Source: Planctomycetota bacterium | Lineage (GTDB): Bacteria > Planctomycetota > MHYJ01 > JACQXL01 > JACQZI01 | Length of the DNA stretch: 64,000 nt | Direction: 5' to 3' | Assembly (NCBI GenBank): GCA_016207825.1 | Contig: JACQZI010000005.1 | Span: 1,122 to 65,121 of the forward strand | Made by a program: the position numbers and the translations under genes | Notes under the pieces: generated by a model | The model's database searches: none | Seen by the model: only the letters and a program-made list of their open reading frames with translations | Told to the model about the DNA's origin: nothing | Shown here: piece after piece, positions 55,631-64,000 of the stretch | Position numbering within the stretch: position 1 is the first letter of the stretch | Layout of the letters: each line of letters starts with the position of its first letter

Positions 55631-57811
55631 CTACCTGCGCCTATCGCCACTAAACCGATTATTTTGCCTGGGAGGACGGGGCCTTTCCTGCTGCATCCCT
55701 TCCGGAACCGGTGGCTCGCTCGCCGGGTCAACAGCTTGCTTGCGGCTGAGCTTAATCTTGCCCTGGTCGTCTATACCGATGCACTTGACCGGGATAATAT
55801 CGCCCATCTTGACGACATCGGTGACGCTCCCGACATAGCGGTTGGAAAGCTCGGAGATATGGACCAACCCTTCCTGGCCGACCAGTATCTCGACAAACGC
55901 ACCGAAGTCCTTGATGGAAACGACTTTGCCCTGGTAGATTTTGCCGATTTCGGCTTCTTCCACGATACCTTCCACCTGTTTCTTGGCGGCATCAAGAGAG
56001 GCGGCGTCCTTACCGTAAATGATAACCTCTCCGGTATCTTCTATTTCAATCTTGACGCCTGTTTCTTCCTGGATTCTGCGGATGGTCTTGCCGCCGCCGC
56101 CGATAACCGCGCCGATTTTATCCGGCTTAATCATCAAGCGGACAACGCGCGGTGCATAAGCAGAAATATCCGTCCTGGGCGCGGCAAGCGCCTGCGCCAT
56201 CTTTCCCAAAATATGGAGACGGCCTTCTTTTGCCTGCGCCAGTGCTTTCTTCATGATGTCCATAGAAAGGCCGCCCACCTTTATATCCATCTGGAAACCG
56301 GTAATCCCGTTGGCGGTGCCGGCGACTTTGAAATCCATATCGCCGTATTTATCTTCGCTTCCGAGAATATCGGAAAGTATGCTGATATCGTTCCCTTCCT
56401 TAACGAGTCCCATGGCGATTCCGGCAACCGGGGACTTAATCGGCACACCCGCGTCCATCAGGGAAAGCGTCGCGCCGCAAACCGTTGCCATGGATGAGGA
56501 GCCGTTTGATTCCAGGATATCGGAAACCACCCGGATGGTATACGGGAATTTCTCAAAGTCCGGCAGCATCGGTTCCACCGCCCTTTCGGCTAAGTGGCCG
56601 TGCCCTATTTCACGCCTGCCGGGCCCGCGCAGAGGTTTCACCTCTCCCACCGAAAACGGCGGGAAATTATAGTGGAGCATAAAACGCTTGACGTATTCAT
56701 CGGCCAGCCCGTCTATAATCTGCTCGTCATCGGCTGTACCGAGCGTTGCCACGACCAATGCCTGCGTCTCGCCGCGGGTAAAGAGCGCCGAGCCGTGCGT
56801 CCGGGGCAGTATCCCCAAATCGCAGGTAATCGGGCGTATTTCCGTCAGGCTTCTGCCGTCCATCCGTTTGCCGCTGGTAATCAGCTCGCGGACTATTTCC
56901 TCTTCAATCTTGGTGAATGCCGCCTTGATGAGCTTGGTCTGCTTTTGGGCATCGGCTTCGGGAAGACTCGCGCAATAAGTTTCAATCTGCTTCTTTTTTA
57001 TCTCGGAAACGGCGTCATGCCGCTCGTGCTTGCCTTTTATCTGGATTTTGGTTTTTAATTCGTCATGGATTTCCTTCTTCATCTTTTCATAAAGCGCCTT
57101 ATCGAATTCCGGCGGAGTCACTTCCATCTTCTTCTTATCGGTCTTCAACTGTTTCTGGAGAGCGACCAGTTCCTTAACGGCTTTATGGCCGAACTCGATT
57201 GCTTCCAGCAAGGCTTCCTCGGATTCCTCCTTGGCGCCGCCTTCGACCATGAGGACCGCGTCCGCCGTGCCGGCGATGACGATATCCATCGTGCTTTCTT
57301 TCATTTCCGATATTTCCGGGTTGAGGGTGAGCGTCCCGTTGAGCTTGCCGACTTTTACCGCGCCGATAGGCCCGTTAAAAGGAATGCCGGAAAGCACCAG
57401 ACACGCCGAGGCGCCGTTGATTGCCAGGATATCCGGGTCGAAATTGCCTTCTGCGGAAAGAACCATGGACATCAGCTGTATTTCGTTCTGGAATCCTTCC
57501 GGGAAAAGCGGCCTTAAGGGGCGGTCAATCAACCGCATGGTTAAGATTTCCTCCGTGGTCGGCCTGCCTTCGCGCTTAAAGAAGCCGCCCGGAATCTTTC
57601 CGGCGGCGGAGGTCTTTTCGCGGTAGTCCACGGTCAAGGGGACCATAGCATCGTCCCACTGGGATTCTCTGGCTTCACCGGCAACCACGGTCGTTAAGAC
57701 GACCGAATCGCCGTAGGAGACGAGAGCCGCTCCGTCTGCCTGTTTTGCCATCACACCTGTCTGGATGGTGAACTGGCGCCTGCCTAATTGCAGTGTCACT
57801 TCCTGTTTCAT
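55631..57811 (-). CDS. pnp: Polynucleotide phosphorylase
   Basis: Two RNase PH domains, KH and S1 domains, 726 aa. Confidence 0.95.
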   Translation of the reverse strand: MKQEVTLQLGRRQFTIQTGVMAKQADGAALVSYGDSVVLTTVVAGEARESQWDDAMVPLTVDYREKTSAAGKIPGGFFKREGRPTTEEILTMRLIDRPLRPLFPEGFQNEIQLMSMVLSAEGNFDPDILAINGASACLVLSGIPFNGPIGAVKVGKLNGTLTLNPEISEMKESTMDIVIAGTADAVLMVEGGAKEESEEALLEAIEFGHKAVKELVALQKQLKTDKKKMEVTPPEFDKALYEKMKKEIHDELKTKIQIKGKHERHDAVSEIKKKQIETYCASLPEADAQKQTKLIKAAFTKIEEEIVRELITSGKRMDGRSLTEIRPITCDLGILPRTHGSALFTRGETQALVVATLGTADDEQIIDGLADEYVKRFMLHYNFPPFSVGEVKPLRGPGRREIGHGHLAERAVEPMLPDFEKFPYTIRVVSDILESNGSSSMATVCGATLSLMDAGVPIKSPVAGIAMGLVKEGNDISILSDILGSEDKYGDMDFKVAGTANGITGFQMDIKVGGLSMDIMKKALAQAKEGRLHILGKMAQALAAPRTDISAYAPRVVRLMIKPDKIGAVIGGGGKTIRRIQEETGVKIEIEDTGEVIIYGKDAASLDAAKKQVEGIVEEAEIGKIYQGKVVSIKDFGAFVEILVGQEGLVHISELSNRYVGSVTDVVKMGDIIPVKCIGIDDQGKIKLSRKQAVDPASEPPVPEGMQQERPRPPRQNNRFSGDRRR

Positions 57812-58152
57812 GATTAAACTCCTTTAGCGGGAGTGTCGTGAACCTGATTTTCCGGACGGGAAAGTATGAAGGTTAAGGAAAAGGTAGGTACTACATTAAT
57901 TTTTTATTAATCACCATCCCCGAATCCCGCAGGGGTGAGTGGGATAGGCGCCACACTTCCGCCATCCTCTCAACCCGCAGGGCTGAACGGCATAGGCACA
58001 TCAATATTGTACCTACCTCGCCCTAATAACCTTCTTCATTACTTCCCGCTTCCGCGGTTCTGTTTAAACTCCCTACTTTATTATTATCCCGATACACAGT
58101 ATTCGGGAATATTATTGTTTATGTATAAACGGACTTCTTAAAACGAGCCGTG

Positions 58153-58422
58153 TTATTTACGAATGCCGAGCTTCTTGATAATTTCCTGGTATTTGGATGG
58201 CTGGTGTTTGGCAAGATATTTAAGAAGGGCTGAACGGTGTCCGACCATCATAAGCAAGCCCCTACGGGAATTGGTATCCTTGGGGTGGCGCTTAAAATGT
58301 TCGGTTAATTCGGCTATCCGCTCGGTTAAGAGCGCGATTTGGACCTGTGACGAACCGGTATCTTTCTTATGCACCTGGTGCGCCTTAATAACCCCTGTCT
58401 TTTTTTCTGCTACTAATGCCAT
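58153..58422 (-). CDS. rpsO: 30S ribosomal protein S15
   Basis: 89 aa; …[18 protein letters not shown]…. Confidence 0.95.
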   Translation of the reverse strand: MALVAEKKTGVIKAHQVHKKDTGSSQVQIALLTERIAELTEHFKRHPKDTNSRRGLLMMVGHRSALLKYLAKHQPSKYQEIIKKLGIRK

Positions 58423-58744
58423 ATCATTTATTATTAATTTATTAACTCTTATAGGATAACATTTAATAGGAAATTGTCAAGAAATAATCACACCTCTACA
58501 ATATAATCAATCAGGTGTCCCCGAATCCCGCAAGGCGGGAGAAGTGGGATGTTTACCTTAATAACTTTTTAGTATCAATGACGTCCCCGCCTCCGGAACG
58601 CAACCGAAGGTCCCCGACAGGGGGTGATGTCCCGACCGGCTGTGTCGGGATACAATCCATAATAAAGCATAATCAAGCGTTCCCGAAATGTAACGAAGTG
58701 GTAGTGAAACGTGACGCCATTTTCCGCCCTGATTTTTGGATAGG

Positions 58745-59036
58745 AAGAGCCTACTATCTTTATAATGGAGGGGTACCTTACTATGATGCCATATTTAGCT
58801 TAATTATAATAGATAGCTACCTTACTATGTTGCCATACTTAGCTCTATTATAATGGATAGACACCTTACTATGATACCACGCCTATTTTAATTATAGTGG
58901 AATGGGGCCTTACTTTGATGCCATACTTATTTTAATTATAATGGATGGCTACCTTACTATATTGCCACACTTAGCTTAATTATAATGGATAGGTACCTTA
59001 CTGTGATGCCATACTTGCAATATTTATAATGAAGGG
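58745..59036. repeat. Tandem repeat of about 6.5 units with a period of about 44 bp (taccttactatgatgccatacttagcttaattataatggatagc). Each unit carries a TATAAT-like box.
   Basis: CCTTACT recurs at 58777, 58821, 58864, 58910, 58953 and 58996. The units are contiguous and degenerate with no spacers, so this is not a CRISPR array. Confidence 0.8.
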
Positions 59037-59230
59037 AGAGTTAGGTAGGAGGGGGGTAGGGGTATGGGGGTAGGCTGAAACACGCTTATATTGAGATGCA
59101 AACGCATATATTCGTTTTCAGGAAAATTGGGGATGAGGCGTATTACCGCAAAAGAAGCCAAGGCGAAATCGCCCAGCTAACCATAGACATCTTCCTGAAC
59201 GGGTTGAGGCCGAGGAAATAGCTTTTACTA

Positions 59231-59470
59231 TCAGAAAACTACCCACATCACGCCGAGGCATATTACAAACCATATTAAGATAGCATGCTTAAAATATTTC
59301 CTTGGGGACCGATCCTGTTTATATAAAAGACGTTTAGTCGGGTCATTACTCCCCCATCTCCACATCCAATCAGGAAGAGCCCTTTCCTTTTTCATATCGA
59401 TAAAACAAACAGCTATCCCTATCAGAAAGATAAATCCGGTAACTATTAATTTGATTTCTATAGGCATCAT
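59231..59470 (-). CDS. Small membrane protein
   Basis: Two TM helices. Confidence 0.35.
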   Translation of the reverse strand: MMPIEIKLIVTGFIFLIGIAVCFIDMKKERALPDWMWRWGSNDPTKRLLYKQDRSPRKYFKHAILIWFVICLGVMWVVF

Positions 59471-59507
59471 ATCAATTATTTCAGGGACAATTCAGAGGAC
59501 GTTTTGT

Positions 59508-60347
59508 TTACAGACCCAGTTCCATCCCCTCAGCCGTGGCGAAGCAGTCCAATGATGATTTCTTGTTTTTGATGATACGACGGCAATCCGAGACAAAGCC
59601 GTCAATCGCTTCGTCTTCCCTTTCCTGGTTATGGTGGAATAAGCCGAACTTTTTCACCTTAGCTTCCAACGCCAGCCGTAAAGCGTCCGTATAAACGCTA
59701 TGCCCCCAGGTCTTGGTCCGGGCGTATTCCTCTGCCGTGAATTCGGCATCGTGGATAAGCAAATCCACACCCGCACACGCCTTGACGTAATCCGCGTATT
59801 CTAATCCCCCCGGATGCTTATATGTAAGCTCGTTATCCGTTATGAAGATAAAGCTTTTCCCATCTTCGGTAAACTTATAACCCATGCCCTGGTCAGGATG
59901 GCTCAATAAAATCGGTGAAACAGAGATAGAATCAATCTTAAATGTTTCAGTACAAATGCCGTGATAGGTAATATCCGCCTTGACTTCGCTGTAATTCACC
60001 GGGAAGTTCGGATGCACCATGGTGCCGGAAATTATATTCTTGACGGAATCCTGGGCAAATGGGCAGCCGAACATATCTATTTTAGTCTGCTTCATGTGAA
60101 TGGGCTTAAAGAAAGGGAATCCGAGGATATGGTCCCAGTGCGCGTGGGTGAAGACCAGCGAATATTCAAACCGCTTTTCGCTAATAAGTTTGTTGCCGAG
60201 CTTCCGGATGCCCGAACCGGCGTCAACAATGATTATGTAATCGTTTTTCGTCCGTATTTCCAGGCAGGTGGTGCTCCCGCCGTATTTCAGGTATTCTTTG
60301 CCCGAAACCGGAATCGAGCCGCGGCTTCCCCAACAGCGAATTAACAT
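59508..60347 (-). CDS. MBL-fold metallo-hydrolase
   Basis: THAHWDHILGFP motif. Confidence 0.7.
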   Translation of the reverse strand: MLIRCWGSRGSIPVSGKEYLKYGGSTTCLEIRTKNDYIIIVDAGSGIRKLGNKLISEKRFEYSLVFTHAHWDHILGFPFFKPIHMKQTKIDMFGCPFAQDSVKNIISGTMVHPNFPVNYSEVKADITYHGICTETFKIDSISVSPILLSHPDQGMGYKFTEDGKSFIFITDNELTYKHPGGLEYADYVKACAGVDLLIHDAEFTAEEYARTKTWGHSVYTDALRLALEAKVKKFGLFHHNQEREDEAIDGFVSDCRRIIKNKKSSLDCFATAEGMELGL

Positions 60348-60518
60348 TTAAGCGAGTATAATAAAAATATTGGCGTATTTCAAATAAATGCGGTTATTAT
60401 TGGCGAGCGCTGTCCTCGTCCTTATAATAGATGTATGGGATTAAAGGCGGGCACTGTCTCGCACTTCTATTATAAATATTAGATTAGTAGCGAGCGTGCC
60501 TGACTTACCGATTAAGAT

Positions 60519-61085
60519 TTATGTCAGTCTGGCATACTGCTTCACGCCGATTTCGTAGAGGTCGTTGCCTTTGGTATCGTTGATGACGATAAGCGGGAAA
60601 TCTTCCACTTCGAGCCTGCGGACTGCTTCCGGTCCCAAATCATCGTAGGCGATGAGGTCGGCTTTCTTGATATGCTGGCTTAAAAGAGCGGCCGCGCCGC
60701 CGACCGCCGCGAAGTATATTGCCTTGTATTTCTTAATCGCCTCTATCACTTCAGGAGAGCGCTTGCCTTTACCTATCATGCCTTTCAATCCGTCCTCCAT
60801 AAGGAGCGGGGAATAGGCGTCCATCCGGTAGGAAGTGGTCGGGCCGGCCGAGCCGATAACCTGTCCTGGCTTGGCGGGAGTGGGACCGACGTAGTATACA
60901 ACGCTTCCTTTCAGGTCGAAAGGCAGTTTCGGGACGCGCTTTTCCTTGCCGGCGAGGATGATTTCGTCGTAGATGCGCTTGTGGGCGGCATCGCGCGAGG
61001 TATAGATTACGCCGGAAAGGGTGATTTTATCTCCGGCGGATAAGCTATTAACCACGGCATCGGTAAGCGGTGTGGTTATTTTCAT
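60519..61085 (-). CDS. Fe-S hydro-lyase (class I fumarate/tartrate dehydratase) beta subunit
   Basis: 188 aa typical of the FumA C-terminal / TtdB family. No alpha subunit is adjacent. Confidence 0.65.
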   Translation of the reverse strand: MKITTPLTDAVVNSLSAGDKITLSGVIYTSRDAAHKRIYDEIILAGKEKRVPKLPFDLKGSVVYYVGPTPAKPGQVIGSAGPTTSYRMDAYSPLLMEDGLKGMIGKGKRSPEVIEAIKKYKAIYFAAVGGAAALLSQHIKKADLIAYDDLGPEAVRRLEVEDFPLIVINDTKGNDLYEIGVKQYARLT

Positions 61086-61356
61086 ATATCAATATGGATT
61101 TTACTCCCCCGCTGATTTGCCGTCAAGAAAAATATATTGCCATCCCCTACCTGAAGGTTGGGATTCCCTATTAATCGGGTATCCCCGAAACATAGTGGAG
61201 CGGGACAAAGGCACTAAGGCACAAAAAAAAGAATCTAATTCTTAATTATATTTTTAGTGTCTTGGTGTCTTAGTGGCAAGAATTCTATAAGAAAAATAAA
61301 TTGACATACGCAAATAAACAATATATTCTATCACTTTAATTGATGCAAATTAGAAT

Positions 61357-61432
61357 GGGGGTGTAGCTCAGCTGGGAGAGCGTGTGAATGGCATTCACAA
61401 GGCCAGGGGTTCAATTCCCCTCACCTCCACCA
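61357..61432 (+). tRNA. tRNA-Ala (anticodon GGC) with encoded CCA
   Basis: Cloverleaf can be folded by eye. G3:U70 in the acceptor stem, anticodon loop ATGGCAT, TΨC arm GGTTCAATTCC. Confidence 0.9.
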
Positions 61433-61508
61433 AATACTGTTAAAGGTTACAGGTTACGAGTTATAAGTTAATTCAACCTGCAACTTAAAACCTATAACTT
61501 GTAACGCC

Positions 61509-62879
61509 ATGTTAATAGACACACACGCCCATCTTGATTTTCCGGACTTCGATAAAGACCGCGATGACGTCATCCAGCACGCCAAGGAAGCCAATATCGG
61601 CTATATTATAAATATCGGAACCTCCATCGAATCCAGCCGTAAGGTAATAGCGCTTGCCGAACAATACGAAAACCTTTACGCGGCGGTGGGAATCCATCCG
61701 CACGAGGCACAAACCGTTAAAGAGGCTGATTATATCGAACTGGAAAAATTAGCCGCCAATCCCAAAGTGGTTGCCATAGGCGAAATCGGGCTCGATTTCT
61801 ACAAGGATAAAAGCCCACGCGATAAGCAGAAAGAGATTTTTACAAGGCAACTCCGAATTGCTAAGAAGGTTGCCAAACCCGTGGTCATCCATTCGAGGGA
61901 AGCTCACAATGAGACTTTAGAAATAATCAGAGCCGAGTTGGGGGAAAAGGCCAAAGGCGTAGCGCACTGCTTTTCCGGCTCCACGGAAACGGCAAGGGAA
62001 TTCCTTGATTTAGGATTTTACATCTCGATTGCCGGGCCGGTGACATACCCGAACGCGGAGAAACTGCGCGCCGTGACCAAGACCATACCGGTCGAAAAGC
62101 TGCTTCTGGAAACGGATTGCCCGTTCCTCGCCCCGCAGTCCAGGCGCGGATTGCGCAACGAACCGGCTTATATCGTCCACGCCCTTGAGGAATTCTCCAG
62201 AATCTACGGACTCTCCAAGGACGATATCGGGAGAATCACCACCCTTAACGCCATGGAATTATTCAAGCTCGCACCTTTGAGCGAAAAGAGCAAGATTGCT
62301 TATAATATCAGGAACTCGCTTTACCTTAATATTACCAACCGGTGCACCTCCAGCTGTATCTTCTGCGTGACCAAATTCACCAACTATGTAAAGGGACATA
62401 ATTTGCGGCTGGAAACGGAGCCAAGCGTAAAGGAAATAATCGACGCCATCGGCGATTCATCCAAATACAAGGAAGTGGTCTTCTGCGGATATGGCGAACC
62501 GACCATGCGGCTTGATGTGATAAAAGAAATCGCCAAGTACCTTAAGAAGAAAAACACCTATATACGCCTGAATACCAATGGGCACGGCAACCTGATTAAT
62601 AACCGCTCGATTGGGTCGGAGCTAAAAGGTCTGATTGACGCCATGTCCATAAGCCTCAATGCGGTTACTCCGGAGCAGTATGTAAAAATCTGCCATCCCA
62701 AATTCGGTGCGGAAACTTTCTATAAGGTGCTGGAATTCATCAGGGAAGCCAAGCAATACATCCCAAGGATTGAAGTCACCTGCGTATCCCACCCGGATGT
62801 GGATGTCCAGAAATGCCGCCAGATTGCCGGAGAGCTGGGAGTGGATTTCCGCGGAAGGATTTATAACGAAGTCGGATAG
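61509..62879 (+). CDS. TatD-family hydrolase fused to a radical SAM domain (CxxxCxxC = CTSSCIFC)
   Basis: N-terminal IDTHAHLDF…GEIGLD… (TatD) and a C-terminal radical SAM domain. The two are usually separate adjacent genes (TatD-associated radical SAM). Confidence 0.7.
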   Translation: MLIDTHAHLDFPDFDKDRDDVIQHAKEANIGYIINIGTSIESSRKVIALAEQYENLYAAVGIHPHEAQTVKEADYIELEKLAANPKVVAIGEIGLDFYKDKSPRDKQKEIFTRQLRIAKKVAKPVVIHSREAHNETLEIIRAELGEKAKGVAHCFSGSTETAREFLDLGFYISIAGPVTYPNAEKLRAVTKTIPVEKLLLETDCPFLAPQSRRGLRNEPAYIVHALEEFSRIYGLSKDDIGRITTLNAMELFKLAPLSEKSKIAYNIRNSLYLNITNRCTSSCIFCVTKFTNYVKGHNLRLETEPSVKEIIDAIGDSSKYKEVVFCGYGEPTMRLDVIKEIAKYLKKKNTYIRLNTNGHGNLINNRSIGSELKGLIDAMSISLNAVTPEQYVKICHPKFGAETFYKVLEFIREAKQYIPRIEVTCVSHPDVDVQKCRQIAGELGVDFRGRIYNEVG

Positions 62880-63075
62880 AAGATAGTTGTCAGCATATAG
62901 TTATTAGTCTCAATTCTTTTATACCCTGTTTTTAATTGACCCTCTGCTTTAATTTATGCATTATTAAGTGTAATCTGTACACGGATTAAGCAGATTTTAC
63001 GGATTATTTCTTTTCCCTTAAGAGATAAAACCCATCTGCTTAATCCGCTAAATCGGTGTACTAAATTTACAGTCA

Positions 63076-63645
63076 ATGGCTGGAGATGCACACATAGAAC
63101 TGATGATGCGCGTGAAGAACGGCGACAAATCCGCCTTCGAAGAGTTGTATCATCTATACAGCCAGCCTTTGGGCAATTTCTTCTACCGGATGAGTGGAAG
63201 CAAATCCATTGCCGAGGATTGCTTGCAGGAAGTCTTCTACAGGATATGGCTCTACCGGGAAAATTACCAGCCACAGGCCAAGGTCATAACCTACCTCTTC
63301 CACATAGCCAAAAACTACTGGATTAACGAGGGCAAAAAGCTCAGGCGCGTCATCCCTTTCACCACATTTGCGGGAAGCAGGGATGAAAACTCCGCGCCGG
63401 ATTTCCCCGGAGACAAGACAGCGCCGGATGAGGAGGCAATGTCCAACGAAGTAAAAGATTCCATAAAGGAGGCGCTCAGGAAGCTCTCCGAAAAAGAGCG
63501 GATAGTCGTGGTGATGAGCATGTACCAGAAACTCCCATATTCCGAAATCGCGGAAATACTCGGCATCGCCGAGATAACGGTGAAAACCCGCATGACCAAG
63601 GCTCTGGAGAGATTGAAGAAACCACTCGGCAAATATTTACAATAA
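63076..63645 (+). CDS. ECF-type RNA polymerase sigma factor
   Basis: Regions 2 and 4 (…IAEILGIAEITVKTRMTKALERLKK). Confidence 0.8.
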   Translation: MAGDAHIELMMRVKNGDKSAFEELYHLYSQPLGNFFYRMSGSKSIAEDCLQEVFYRIWLYRENYQPQAKVITYLFHIAKNYWINEGKKLRRVIPFTTFAGSRDENSAPDFPGDKTAPDEEAMSNEVKDSIKEALRKLSEKERIVVVMSMYQKLPYSEIAEILGIAEITVKTRMTKALERLKKPLGKYLQ

Positions 63646-63689
63646 TATATTTGATTCTGTCAGATAATTCCGATATATATAAATAACTT

Positions 63690-64000
63690 ATGAAATGGTC
63701 ACAGGCGTTTATTCCAACCCTTAAAGAAGACCCCTCGGATGCGGAAACCATAAGCCACAAGCTGATGGTCCGCGCGGGGCTCGTCCGTAAGCTGGCCGCT
63801 GGGACATACACCTACCTGCCTTTAGGGCAGAAGGTTTTAAACAAGGTCATAAATATTGTCCGCGAGGAAATAGACCGGGCAGGCGCGCAGGAGCTCCTTA
63901 TGCCGGCGATTCATCCCGTTGAACTCTGGGAGAAAACAGGACGACTGGCGCTTTTCGGCGATATCATCTATAAGGTAAAAGACCGGACGGATAAGATAAG
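63690..64000 (+). CDS. proS: Prolyl-tRNA synthetase, N-terminal part, truncated by the window end
   Basis: [53 protein letters not shown]…. Confidence 0.85.
   Translation, partial: MKWSQAFIPTLKEDPSDAETISHKLMVRAGLVRKLAAGTYTYLPLGQKVLNKVINIVREEIDRAGAQELLMPAIHPVELWEKTGRLALFGDIIYKVKDRTDKI

Noticed and set aside
55664-57626. Several long plus-strand ORFs inside pnp
   Set aside because: They are shadow ORFs within a highly conserved minus-strand gene.
58745-59036. Possible CRISPR array
   Set aside because: The units of about 44 bp are contiguous and mutually degenerate with no unique spacers, and there are no cas genes. This is a satellite-like tandem repeat, not a CRISPR array.

Overview
64 kb of bacterial chromosome with moderate GC; the lineage cannot be assigned from sequence alone. 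Ordinary housekeeping genes are present: hflX, a peptidoglycan amidase, a ferredoxin, dinB, a pnp-rpsO operon with a rho-independent terminator, tRNA-Ala(GGC), a TatD-radical SAM fusion, an ECF sigma factor and a partial proS. They are interleaved with a large accessory system that appears to be undescribed. Its components are listed here.

- Seven paralogous exported proteins share an N-terminal leader ('ADSWSQTTF' or 'PLxRGVRGVL' motifs) and a conserved C-terminal module of about 190-300 aa ending '...SSYLEFENATC(V/I)GVP*'. Their central parts are unrelated: RCC1 propeller, three Gly-rich regions, LamG with a DUF2341-like domain, and a DUF4082-like domain.
- Four sigma-54 promoters have an almost identical TGGCACG-N4-TTGCTATA core.
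- Three paralogous TPR-AAA+ sigma-54 enhancer-binding proteins each have their own TTGACA/-10 promoter and a leaderless start.
- A conserved 70-82 aa protein lies between two of the sigma-54 promoters and the paralog genes, with a decayed third copy between a third promoter and its paralog.
- 21-bp-period tandem arrays follow three of the paralog genes. Two of them sit behind an identical 100-bp leader with an RBS.
- Several families of short hairpin elements occur, one inserted in-frame into a signal peptide.
- There are near-identical inverted duplications, gene-conversion tracts and gene fragments.

Other notable items are a merR / merT-like / thioredoxin-like operon whose merT-like gene carries an in-frame TGA just before its CC motif, a DOMON-domain operon under a sigma-54 promoter, and tandem duplications upstream of dinB.
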